The notes under the pieces: generated by a model | Databases searched by the model: none | What the model was told of the DNA's origin: nothing | What the model saw: the letters and a program-made list of their open reading frames with translations, nothing else | Position numbers and translations under genes: made by a program | NCBI GenBank assembly: GCA_964490025.1 | Contig: CAZBBV010000001.1 | Location: 1-25,975 of the forward strand | From: an uncultured Cryomorphaceae bacterium | GTDB lineage: Bacteria > Bacteroidota > Bacteroidia > Flavobacteriales > ECT2AJA-044 | Reading direction: 5' to 3' | Length of the DNA: 25,975 nucleotides | Shown: positions 17,634-25,975 of the stretch, piece by piece | Layout of the letters: each line of letters begins with the position of its first letter | How positions within the stretch are numbered: the stretch's first letter is position 1

Positions 17634-17654
17634 TTTTTGTTGTTTTTAGGTGAG

Positions 17655-17697
17655 AAGAAACCCCGAATAGACATGTGCTCTTCGGGGTTTCTTTTTT
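17655..17697 (+). terminator. Intrinsic terminator after nrdA
   Basis: AAGAAACCCCGAA-N13-TTCGGGGTTTCTT followed by TTTT. Confidence 0.85.
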
Positions 17698-17713
17698 ACA
17701 AAACGATTAAGAG

Positions 17714-18091
17714 ATGAAAAGAATAAAAGACGGAACACCTTGGGAAGAAAAGGTGGGATACTGCCGGGCAGTAGTAGTAGGAAATAGAATGGAGATAGCC
17801 GGCACCACCGCTTCAATGAACGGCGCGGTGCAGTTTCCTGGAGATGCGGGAAAACAAACGGAATCTATTCTAAAACGCATGATGTCCATTCTTGAATCCA
17901 ATGGCTTTTCGGCTAAGGATGTGGTGCGCACCCGCATGTATGTGACCAACATAGACGATTGGGAAAGCATAGGAGCGGCGCATCAGGCATTTTTCGGCGA
18001 GCATCCGCCGGCGGCTACCATGGTGGAAATATCTAGACTCATTCATCCCGATTTACTTATAGAAATCGAGCTTAGCGCCGAGCGCGAATAA
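17714..18091 (+). CDS. RidA/YjgF family enamine/imine deaminase-like protein (Rid subfamily uncertain)
   Basis: WEEKVGYCRAV, IAGTTA, DVVRTRMYV, PAATMVEISRLI and LIEIE. Confidence 0.9.
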   Translation: MKRIKDGTPWEEKVGYCRAVVVGNRMEIAGTTASMNGAVQFPGDAGKQTESILKRMMSILESNGFSAKDVVRTRMYVTNIDDWESIGAAHQAFFGEHPPAATMVEISRLIHPDLLIEIELSAERE

Positions 18092-18117
18092 AAAAAGCGG
18101 ACACTGCTGCCCGCTTT
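18090..18117 (-). terminator. Intrinsic terminator for the beta-barrel gene; possibly weakly bidirectional
   Basis: The minus strand reads GCGGGCA-GCAG-TGTCCGC followed by T7, between convergent genes. Confidence 0.75.
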
Positions 18118-18140
18118 CTCATTACATTTTTTTAGTAGTC

Positions 18141-18746
18141 TTACTCTCCGAGTTTCAAAATCAAACCGCCGGAGAAATCGCCTTGAACCATAGGCACCCA
18201 GAAATATGCTCCTGCGCTCACACCACCGGTTCCAATACCCACTCCTACTGATCCATTTGACAGTGGCAGATACATACGCCCTGAGAAACGTAGGCCCACT
18301 CTATCGTTAAGCCACACTTTAACCCCGAGACCCAGGTTAACAGAGAACAGCCATTGTTCAGAATTGTACTGATAGTCTGATGTGTATTGAGAAGCTCCAA
18401 GACCGTATACGCCGTAAGGAATAACATTTCCTCCGGTTATTGCTTCGCGCACTACGCTCAATTGGTAATGACTGGAGCGCACTTGACCAATCTGATACCC
18501 TTCTAAAGCAGATTGGTAGGTGAAATCGGACTCGCAGGTATTGAACATAAGTTCTATTGCAGTGCCATAACCCAGGTCAAAAGCCAGCGCGCCGCCATAA
18601 TTCATTCCATTCTTTACGTCCACTACACCGTAGTAGCCGTTCACCTTACCGCTCATCATGTAGCCGGCAAAAGGCGTCAATTCGATTTGAGCAAAGCCCA
18701 CAAATCCCATCAACAAGCTTGCTAAAAGAGCAACATTTCTTTTCAT
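18141..18746 (-). CDS. Small outer-membrane beta-barrel (porin-family) protein
   Basis: Signal peptide MKRNVALLASLLMGFVGFAQ from ATG 18746. Alternating Gly/aromatic strands such as ELTPFAGY, PYGVYGLG and NLGLGVKVWL. Confidence 0.8.
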   Translation of the reverse strand: MKRNVALLASLLMGFVGFAQIELTPFAGYMMSGKVNGYYGVVDVKNGMNYGGALAFDLGYGTAIELMFNTCESDFTYQSALEGYQIGQVRSSHYQLSVVREAITGGNVIPYGVYGLGASQYTSDYQYNSEQWLFSVNLGLGVKVWLNDRVGLRFSGRMYLPLSNGSVGVGIGTGGVSAGAYFWVPMVQGDFSGGLILKLGE

Positions 18747-18791
18747 AAAAGCCAGGTTTAAATTGACGGCCAAATTACTCATTAAATGATT

Positions 18792-21083
18792 CTACTTGAC
18801 TGTGTCTCCGTATTTCTGCATTTTATTCGGGGCCCGGTCTTGTTTCTCTTTGTAAAGCTTAAACTTAGAAGGATGGCTGCGCGGCGGCCAATAGTTGTTG
18901 TCCATGTCTGTGTCTGCCGTTTCGAGATAAGGATCTAGTGCCACAGTGCTTAGTTCCTTTGAAGAATAGAACAACTTTGAAACCTTTGTATCGCCCATTT
19001 TCCAAATTTCCGCAGGTATGTAGTGCATTTCCTCGCTCCCGTCAGCGAACACCAGTTGGATGATGACCGGCATAGGAATACCGCCTATCATTTCGATTTC
19101 CACCACGTAATAGTTCAAACCGTTTTCCAGCATGGCCTTTTCCTCGTCGTTCAACGATCCCAGATAGCGATCGTAGTCCTCCTTATCCGCCGGATATACT
19201 GCAAAAGGGTCGTAATTGTTGTAAAAATCCTTCATGTTCGGGTCGCGCTCCACCACACTTGGTTCCTCCGATTGGCTATTGCGAATATCGCCAATGAATT
19301 GTGCTTCTTTTGCCTCACGCTCCTTTGCCAAGGCTTTTTCAATCTCCGGATTTTGGGTGTCAATCTGATACCATTTCACATTACTAATAGCCATGTCCAC
19401 ATGGTCGGTGGTGAAAAACCAAGCACGCCAAAACCAGTCGAGGTCCATCCCTGAGGCGTCTTCCATGGTACGGAAAAAGTCGGCCGGAGAGGGATGTTTA
19501 AACATCCAGCGGTTGGCATATTCCTTAAAGGCAAAGTCGAAAAGCTCGCGCCCCATCACCGTCTCGCGGAGAATGTTGAGGGCCGCAGTAGGTTTCGCGT
19601 AAGAGTTGTTTCCAAATTGCTTGATGCTTTCGCTATTGGTCATAATGGGCACCATGCCATCCTTAGGCCCGTTCATATAGGGCACAATGTTGGCCGCCGG
19701 GCCACGCCGACTGGGGTAGTTCTTGTCCCACTCCTGCTCGGTAAGATATTGCAAGAAAGTGTTCAGCCCTTCGTCCATCCATGTCCACTGCCGCTCATCT
19801 GAGTTAACAATCATGGGAAAATAGTTGTGCCCTACTTCGTGAATGATTACGCCTATCATCCCGTACTTGGTGTATTCGCTGTAGGTGCCATCCGGCAATG
19901 GGCGTCCGCCATTAAAACAAATCATAGGATATTCCATCCCTATCTGATGTGTGTGCACACTGATGGCCACCGGGTAGGGATAGTCGAAAGTGTGTTTTGA
20001 ATACACCTGAAGCGTATGTGCCACCACCCTTGTGCTGTATTTTTCCCATAGTGGGTTGCCTTCTTTGGGGTAATACGACATGGCCATCACGGTGCGGTTG
20101 CCAAACTTAACACCCATGGCGTCCCAAATGAACTTGCGGCTGCTGGCAAAAGCAAAGTCGCGCACGTTGGTGGCGTGAAATATCCAGCTCTTCTTCTTGT
20201 CGCTTCGTTCGCCTTCCTTTTTCAGCGCCTCTTCGGGTGTTACAATCATTACAGGCGTTTCGCTGGTAGCAGCCTTGCTAAGCCGCGAGCGCTGCTCAGC
20301 TGTTAGCACCTCTGTCGGGTTTTGCAGCACGCCTGTGGAGCCCACCAAGTGGTCCGCCGGAACGGTGATTTTTACCTTGTAATTTCCGAAAGGCAATGTG
20401 AACTCCCCACGACCCAGGAACTGCTTGTGTTGCCAGCCCTCCACGTCATTGTACACCGCCATGCGAGGGAAAAACTGGGCAATGGTGTAGAGGTAGTTCT
20501 TGTCTTCAGGAAAATACTCGTAGCCTGCACGTCCGCCTATCTTCATTCGGTCATTGATATTGTACCACCACTTGCACTTGAAGGTATAAGACATTCCCGG
20601 CTTCAGTGGCATAGGCAAATCAATGCGCATCATGGTTTTCACAATCGTGTACGGCAGGTCTTTACCGGCTTTGTCTTTCACATACTCGATCTTAAATCCG
20701 CCGTCGAAGTCGTTGTGCAGACGCGCCAGTTGGTCGAAACTCATGGATTCGCCAATACTTGTTGTCGCAATTTTCTTGGTGTCCGAATCTTTGGCGCGCA
20801 TGTTTTGATCCAGCTGCACCCAAAAATAGGTGAGCACGTCCGGCGAGTTGTTGAAATAGGTCACCTCCTCGGTGCCATATAGGCGCTGGTTTTCGTCGTC
20901 TAGCTCAATGTCTATCACATAGTCGGCGCGCATTTGGTAATACTGATGACCGGGTGCGCCACTTGCCGTGCGATACACGTTGGGAGTAGGCAACTCGTCG
21001 TACATCTGACGGAATTTATTTTCGTCCTGTGCCCAAGTGGTTATAGATGCCAGAAAGAGAAGGGTAAGAATGCGCTGCTTCAT
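18792..21083 (-). CDS. Secreted M1 family zinc aminopeptidase
   Basis: Signal peptide, GMEYP exopeptidase motif variant, HEVGH...WMDEG zinc motif and YAKP. Confidence 0.93.
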   Translation of the reverse strand: MKQRILTLLFLASITTWAQDENKFRQMYDELPTPNVYRTASGAPGHQYYQMRADYVIDIELDDENQRLYGTEEVTYFNNSPDVLTYFWVQLDQNMRAKDSDTKKIATTSIGESMSFDQLARLHNDFDGGFKIEYVKDKAGKDLPYTIVKTMMRIDLPMPLKPGMSYTFKCKWWYNINDRMKIGGRAGYEYFPEDKNYLYTIAQFFPRMAVYNDVEGWQHKQFLGRGEFTLPFGNYKVKITVPADHLVGSTGVLQNPTEVLTAEQRSRLSKAATSETPVMIVTPEEALKKEGERSDKKKSWIFHATNVRDFAFASSRKFIWDAMGVKFGNRTVMAMSYYPKEGNPLWEKYSTRVVAHTLQVYSKHTFDYPYPVAISVHTHQIGMEYPMICFNGGRPLPDGTYSEYTKYGMIGVIIHEVGHNYFPMIVNSDERQWTWMDEGLNTFLQYLTEQEWDKNYPSRRGPAANIVPYMNGPKDGMVPIMTNSESIKQFGNNSYAKPTAALNILRETVMGRELFDFAFKEYANRWMFKHPSPADFFRTMEDASGMDLDWFWRAWFFTTDHVDMAISNVKWYQIDTQNPEIEKALAKEREAKEAQFIGDIRNSQSEEPSVVERDPNMKDFYNNYDPFAVYPADKEDYDRYLGSLNDEEKAMLENGLNYYVVEIEMIGGIPMPVIIQLVFADGSEEMHYIPAEIWKMGDTKVSKLFYSSKELSTVALDPYLETADTDMDNNYWPPRSHPSKFKLYKEKQDRAPNKMQKYGDTVK

Positions 21084-21110
21084 AATTTTTACTTGCTAGA
21101 TGTTAAAACT

Positions 21111-21692
21111 TCACGACCAAGGATGATTCAAAAAACTCATATAGGAGGCAATGCCAATGACGGCACTATTGATAAAAAACACAAGCCTCTCTTGGTGTTT
21201 CGTGCCCGAACCTTGAACGGCAGTAAGCAGAATGACCACGATCATCACGATAAGCAACTGACCCAGCTCAATGCCCAAATTGAAGGCCAGTAGAGGCATG
21301 AGAATGCTTTCTTCTTTTCCCAAAAGACTTTGAAAAAAACTGGAAAAGCCAACGCCATGAATGAGGCCAAAAGCAATGACCACCAGCAATGAAAGCCAGG
21401 GTGTTTTGTTCGATTTATTTTTTCTGAAAAGATTGAAGAGCCCCGCCAATACTATCGTCACCGGAATAAGAAACTCAATCCACGTTCTATTCACCTCCAC
21501 AGCATCCATAGCGGCCAAAGCCAGGCTCAATGAGTGCCCAATAGTAAAGGCCGTGACCATAAGAAGCAGCAATTTCCAGCGCTGAATGGTGTAGGGGCTT
21601 GTAAGCACAAGTAGGAATAAAATATGGTCGAGCCCGTCAAGGCCGGCAATGTGCTGGTAGCCCAATTCAAGGTAGGTAGTGAATAGCGACAT
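21111..21692 (-). CDS. HupE/UreJ-family membrane protein
   Basis: LGYQHI..GLDHILF, VTAFTIGHS, FGLIHGVGF and FNLGIELGQ with several hydrophobic helices. Confidence 0.9.
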   Translation of the reverse strand: MSLFTTYLELGYQHIAGLDGLDHILFLLVLTSPYTIQRWKLLLLMVTAFTIGHSLSLALAAMDAVEVNRTWIEFLIPVTIVLAGLFNLFRKNKSNKTPWLSLLVVIAFGLIHGVGFSSFFQSLLGKEESILMPLLAFNLGIELGQLLIVMIVVILLTAVQGSGTKHQERLVFFINSAVIGIASYMSFLNHPWS

Positions 21693-21749
21693 AGGCGGCT
21701 AAAATAGAAATAGATTACTTTGCTTTGTCTTCCCTTATATCCTTTCAAA

Positions 21750-22235
21750 ATGTTAAACATTGTCTTGTTCTGCTTATGGTTTGTTGCACCGCTCAAGCAC
21801 GAGTTTTATGTTGGTCTCACCGAAGTGGAGCACAACAGTAGCAGCCACACTTTGGAAATCACTGTTAAGATTTTTCGCGACGATATGGAACGTGTTATTC
21901 AGGAGAAAAGCGGCATCAACCTTCAGTTGGGCACCGCCAATGAGCATGCCGCTGCGGACTCTTTGCTTTTTCACTATATCAACCAGCAGATGAGCATTGA
22001 GGTGGACGGGCAAAAAAGAAAGGCGCTATGGATAGGTCAGGAGGCTGATTTTGATGCCGTTTGGATGTATATCGAAATCCCCAATGTGCAGTATATGCAG
22101 CGCATAAGCGTGCGCAACACCCTACTATTTGAAACATTTTACGATCAAAGCCACATCATAAAAGTGAAATATGACAACGAAGAAGAAGCCGGGGTGGTCA
22201 ACCGAAACAAAGACCGCATTGAATTCCGTTTTTAA
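21750..22235 (+). CDS. DUF6702-like exported protein
   Basis: Hydrophobic N-terminus, then HEFYVGLTEV...LEITVKIFRDD, then NTLLFETFYDQSHII. ATG 21750 preferred. Family recognised from memory. Confidence 0.75.
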   Translation: MLNIVLFCLWFVAPLKHEFYVGLTEVEHNSSSHTLEITVKIFRDDMERVIQEKSGINLQLGTANEHAAADSLLFHYINQQMSIEVDGQKRKALWIGQEADFDAVWMYIEIPNVQYMQRISVRNTLLFETFYDQSHIIKVKYDNEEEAGVVNRNKDRIEFRF

Positions 22236-23523
22236 GCATCTACTGATTATTGCCGCTATTTCAACTGGCCTTTCGGCCTATGGGCAAAGTCAGTACGAAA
22301 ACATTAAAATAAGTGGCGACGAGCGCACACCCTGCGAGCCAAGCATTGCCATCAACCCATTGAATCCGGACAAGATGGTTGCCGGAGCGGTGCTCAGTTT
22401 TGTGTACTACTCGCACGACGGCGGTCGCACCTGGACCGGCGACAAAATAGAATCGCCCTACGGTGTGTGGGGCGACCCGGTGATGCTGGCCGACTACGAA
22501 GGAAATTTCTATTACTTCCACCTATCCGACCCGACCGGGCGCAATTGGAGTAGCGAAGAAATTCTCGATCGTATCGTTTGCCAAAAATCGACCGACGGTG
22601 GCATCACCTGGAGCGAAGGCAGCTACATGGGTTTTGCCCACCCCAAAGATCAGGACAAAGAATGGGCGGCTGTGGACCCCATCAGCAACCAGATTTATGT
22701 TACCTGGACACAGTTTGATAAGTACGGCAGCAGCAATTTTCCTACAGACCAGTCCAACATACTTTTTTCCACCAGCACAGATGGCGGCGAAAGCTGGTCG
22801 GAAGCCATGGCCATTAACCAATTGGCCGGAAACTGTTTGGACAAAGACTCCACCACCGAAGGCGCTGTGCCCTCCGTGGGCCCCAATGGTGAAGTGTATG
22901 TCGCTTGGTCATTCGACGAAAAAATTTACTTCGACCGCTCTTTGGACAAAGGCAAAACTTGGCTTCAGGAGGATAAAATTGTGGCCAACCAACCCGGCGG
23001 ATGGACGCACGACATTCCCGGACTGCAGCGCTGCAATGGCATGCCCATGACGGCAGTGGACCTCAGCGAAGGCCCGCACCGCGGAAGGGTGTATGTGTGC
23101 TGGGCCGACCAACGCAACGGCGAGGACAATGTGGACATTTTCCTAGCCTATAGCGACAACAAAGGTGACACATGGACCAAACCCACACGTGTGAACACCG
23201 ACAAAGGCACGCGACATCAGTTTCTGCCATGGATGGCCACCGACCCGTTGACAGGCATTGTGTATGTGGTTTTCTACGACCGCCGCAACTACAAAGACAA
23301 CCAAACCGACGTGTATCTGGCCCGCAGCTTCGACGGCGGCGCTACCTTCACCAACGAACGCATTAGTGAATCGCCGTTTGAACCCAACCGCAGCAAATTT
23401 TTTGGCGACTACAACAACATTAGCGCCTATGGCGGCCGTGTGCGCCCCATTTGGACACGCATGCACAATGGCCAACTCAGCATTATGACGGCCATAATAG
23501 AAGACAAAATGGAAAAAAAATGA
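22219..23523 (+). CDS. Secreted Asp-box (BNR) beta-propeller protein, sialidase-fold-like, function unknown
   Basis: Six Asp boxes: SHDGGRTW, STDGGITW, STDGGESW, SLDKGKTW, SDNKGDTW and SFDGGATF. A TTG at 22219 gives the signal peptide MNSVFKHLLIIAAISTGLSAYG. The start is uncertain. Confidence 0.82.
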   Translation: MNSVFKHLLIIAAISTGLSAYGQSQYENIKISGDERTPCEPSIAINPLNPDKMVAGAVLSFVYYSHDGGRTWTGDKIESPYGVWGDPVMLADYEGNFYYFHLSDPTGRNWSSEEILDRIVCQKSTDGGITWSEGSYMGFAHPKDQDKEWAAVDPISNQIYVTWTQFDKYGSSNFPTDQSNILFSTSTDGGESWSEAMAINQLAGNCLDKDSTTEGAVPSVGPNGEVYVAWSFDEKIYFDRSLDKGKTWLQEDKIVANQPGGWTHDIPGLQRCNGMPMTAVDLSEGPHRGRVYVCWADQRNGEDNVDIFLAYSDNKGDTWTKPTRVNTDKGTRHQFLPWMATDPLTGIVYVVFYDRRNYKDNQTDVYLARSFDGGATFTNERISESPFEPNRSKFFGDYNNISAYGGRVRPIWTRMHNGQLSIMTAIIEDKMEKK

Positions 23524-24233
23524 AGCAACTCCGACTCTTTAGCACTTCCATAGTGTATGGCTCCGGCTACTTGGACTCATGCGCAGAAGAAGTAAAGCGC
23601 CTTTTTGCCGGAAGAGAAAGAATTTATTTCCTGCCCTATGCTCGTCCGAGCGGCATTAGTCATGACGATTATTTCGAAAAAGCCCGCTCTACTTTCGAAA
23701 GTTTCGGGCTCCCGCTTTTGGCCTTGCACCACGAAACCAATCCTGCCGGAGCTCTGGAGAAGGCTGACGGCGTGTTTACCAGCGGCGGCAACACCTTTTT
23801 GTTGCTCAAGCAGGTATACGAGCAGGGGCTGTTAGAGCCATTAAAAAAAGGCATTGAAGTGGGACGAATAGCCTATATGGGCACCAGTGCGGGCAGTGTA
23901 ATAGCAGGCGCTACCATGCACACCACCAACGATATGCCTATTGTGTATCCGCCCAGTTTTGATGCCTTGGGCTGTGTTCCTTTTTGCATCAACGCGCACT
24001 ACCTCGACCCCATTCCAGGACTAAAGCACATGGGCGAAACCCGCGAAACCCGCATCAAAGAATACCACACACAGAGCCACATTCCGGTGGTGGGCCTCCG
24101 CGAAGGCGGATGGGTGGAGGTGGAGGGCAATGCGATTACTCTGCGTGGGCCGCATAGCGGGCGGATATTTTTACCCGGTAAGGAAGCTTTCGAACTGGAG
24201 ACGAATAGCTCCTTAAAACCAGCGCTTGCATGA
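23520..24233 (+). CDS. pepE: Dipeptidase E (S51, Asp-specific family)
   Basis: FLPYARP, SGGNTF, nucleophile GTSAG, INAHY, HMGETRE.RI.EY and GLREG. ATG 23520 forms an ATGA overlap with the upstream stop. Confidence 0.92.
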   Translation: MKQLRLFSTSIVYGSGYLDSCAEEVKRLFAGRERIYFLPYARPSGISHDDYFEKARSTFESFGLPLLALHHETNPAGALEKADGVFTSGGNTFLLLKQVYEQGLLEPLKKGIEVGRIAYMGTSAGSVIAGATMHTTNDMPIVYPPSFDALGCVPFCINAHYLDPIPGLKHMGETRETRIKEYHTQSHIPVVGLREGGWVEVEGNAITLRGPHSGRIFLPGKEAFELETNSSLKPALA

Positions 24234-25975
24234 AACTGAAACACTACGCCTTTGCTGTCTTCTTGATTTTTCTATTTCCGTCGCTGAGCCAAGCCCAGCG
24301 GATGTATCGCCCATCAGCGCACGAAATAGCCACGCTTCCTGCTTGGGCGCAAAAGATGTATGCCTTCAATCCGAATGTTTGGGAAGTTGATGCGCTTTAT
24401 AAAAGCTATTACCGAGAGCATACATTCGAAAAGAGCTACCATACGCAGTATTATAAGCGCTGGCGCCGCAGTGTGGAAAACAGAATTTCGGAGGATGGAT
24501 TTGTGCTCGAAAAAACCTTCGAGCCAAATGATTTCATTCCGCGAGAAGCGTTAAAAAGTTCCACCACCAACTGGACCGTGGTGGGGCCCATTTACAACAC
24601 CCGCGAAAATGGTGTGCAGGGTTCGGGGCAAACCAATGTCTACTCCATTGATCAATGTGCTGCTGCCACCAATGTGCTGTATTGCGGAACGGAGCCCGGC
24701 GAGGTGTACAAAAGTGTGGATGGCGGTGTGAGCTGGGAAAATGTGAGCATGGACATCCATTTTGGCAGTGGGGTGAATGCTGTGGAGGTCCACCCCGCTA
24801 ACCCGAACATTGTCTTTGCCGGTGGCGGCTCGGTGGTGTATAGAAGCACGGATGGCGGCGCTACATGGGCGGTGGTGATGACCCAATCGAACCTAAATGT
24901 GAACGAAATTCTCATCAACCCTTTGAATACCCAAGTGGTGATGATTGCCGGAGATGCCGGACTTTACCGCAGTGTGGATGGCGGAAGCACGTGGACACAG
25001 TTATTTGGTCAAAGAACCTATGATTTAAAAACAAGGCCGGGAAACGACCAAGTGGTGTATATGGTGAAAAACAACCCCTCGCTAATCAAATGCGAGTTTT
25101 TCATCTCTCAAGATATGGGCGCTACCTGGACACTGCAAAGCAACGGTTGGTACCACTCCACCGACCCAGCTCGCACAGATGGCGGCGCAAGGATCGCCGT
25201 TTCAGCCGCCGACACCAACCGAGTGTATGCCTACCTCATTGGCGAAGCCAAAGCCAACGACTATGGCTTTATTGGTGTGTATCGCAGCAACGACGGCGGC
25301 CAAAGTTGGGCGCTGCCCAATAGCCCGCCGGGAGGGCCCTACACCGCCTCGCACCCAAACCTGGCCTACGGCGTCCCAAGTTGGACTTACCATCAAGGCT
25401 TTTACAACTGCGCCCTGGCCGCATCTAGCACCAATGCGGATCATATCTTGATTGGCGGACTCAACCTATGGCGATCGAACGACGGCGGAGCCACCTTCAG
25501 CGCTGTGGCCGGCTATGTGGGCGGGCCCATGGACATCCATGTAGACATGCAGGACTTTAGAGTGTTTGGAAACCAAACCTGGATTACCACAGATGGCGGC
25601 ATCAACATGTCCACCGACTTTTTTACCAATAGCAACACCTACCTCATGCAAGGTATACATGGCTCCGACTACTGGGGCTTCGGTTCGGGCTGGAATGAGG
25701 ATGTGCTGGTGGGCGGGCTCTACCACAATGGCAATTTGGCCCATCATGAAAACTATGGACAAGGGGTGTTTCTTGAACTAGGCGGCGGCGAGGCGCCTAC
25801 CGGCTATGTGAATCCGGGAAACAACCGAAAGACCTATTACTCCGACATTGGCGGCGCCATGATTCCTCAAAACCTCAACAACGCTATCGTCTATTTCTCC
25901 AGCGGCATGAGCCCCAACGAAAGCTATTGGGCCGCCGAATCGAGTGAGATGGAGTTTCACCCCAACTGCTACAAC
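24230..25975 (+). CDS. Large secreted Asp-box/VPS10-like beta-propeller protein, 3'-truncated and absent from the ORF track
   Basis: My manual translation from ATG 24230 (ATGA overlap with pepE) stays open to the window end, 582 codons. It has the signal peptide MKLKHYAFAVFLIFLFPSLSQA and Asp boxes KSVDGGVSW, RSTDGGATW, RSVDGGSTW, ISQDMGATW, RSNDGGQSW and RSNDGGATF. Confidence 0.9.
   Translation, partial: MKLKHYAFAVFLIFLFPSLSQAQRMYRPSAHEIATLPAWAQKMYAFNPNVWEVDALYKSYYREHTFEKSYHTQYYKRWRRSVENRISEDGFVLEKTFEPNDFIPREALKSSTTNWTVVGPIYNTRENGVQGSGQTNVYSIDQCAAATNVLYCGTEPGEVYKSVDGGVSWENVSMDIHFGSGVNAVEVHPANPNIVFAGGGSVVYRSTDGGATWAVVMTQSNLNVNEILINPLNTQVVMIAGDAGLYRSVDGGSTWTQLFGQRTYDLKTRPGNDQVVYMVKNNPSLIKCEFFISQDMGATWTLQSNGWYHSTDPARTDGGARIAVSAADTNRVYAYLIGEAKANDYGFIGVYRSNDGGQSWALPNSPPGGPYTASHPNLAYGVPSWTYHQGFYNCALAASSTNADHILIGGLNLWRSNDGGATFSAVAGYVGGPMDIHVDMQDFRVFGNQTWITTDGGINMSTDFFTNSNTYLMQGIHGSDYWGFGSGWNEDVLVGGLYHNGNLAHHENYGQGVFLELGGGEAPTGYVNPGNNRKTYYSDIGGAMIPQNLNNAIVYFSSGMSPNESYWAAESSEMEFHPNCYN

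Noticed and set aside
24360-25960. Short ORFs listed by the track in the last 1.7 kb
   Set aside because: All are alternative-frame or antisense shadows of the single long + strand gene starting at 24230.
22219-25975. Recurring GAC/GAT-GGC-GGC DNA motifs as a repeat array or CRISPR
   Set aside because: They encode protein Asp boxes with irregular spacing and synonymous variation, and there are no cas genes.

Overview
This is a chromosomal, mostly housekeeping window from a Bacteroidetes bacterium, probably Flavobacteriales-like. That assignment rests on TAnnTTTG -7 promoter boxes, A-rich starts without Shine-Dalgarno sequences, a T9SS sorting domain, an alpha2-type GlyRS and a eukaryote-like class Ia RNR. 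From left to right it holds: a 5'-truncated SDR; an alpha/beta hydrolase and an orphan beta-class DNA methyltransferase at the tail of a partial phenylacetate operon (paaABCD-paaG-paaH, with no paaE/K/Z/J/I/X here); a small secreted helical protein; an S41 protease converging on glyQS; a T9SS-secreted S8 protease divergent from DUF3109-nrdB-nrdA-ridA; an outer-membrane beta-barrel, an M1 aminopeptidase and a HupE/UreJ protein divergent from a coupled run of DUF6702-like, Asp-box propeller, pepE and a large Asp-box protein. That last gene starts at 24230, runs off the window and is absent from the ORF track. I found no rRNA, tRNA, CRISPR array, transposase or phage genes. I cannot support a wholly new multi-gene system. 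The best leads are the element-rich 290-bp region upstream of nrdB (DnaA-box-like cluster, inverted repeat, 22-bp-phased direct repeat), Cys-rich DUF3109 as a possible RNR partner on a probably leaderless mRNA, a promoter fused to a terminator hairpin ahead of glyQS, and the HupE/UreJ-M1-DUF6702 module.
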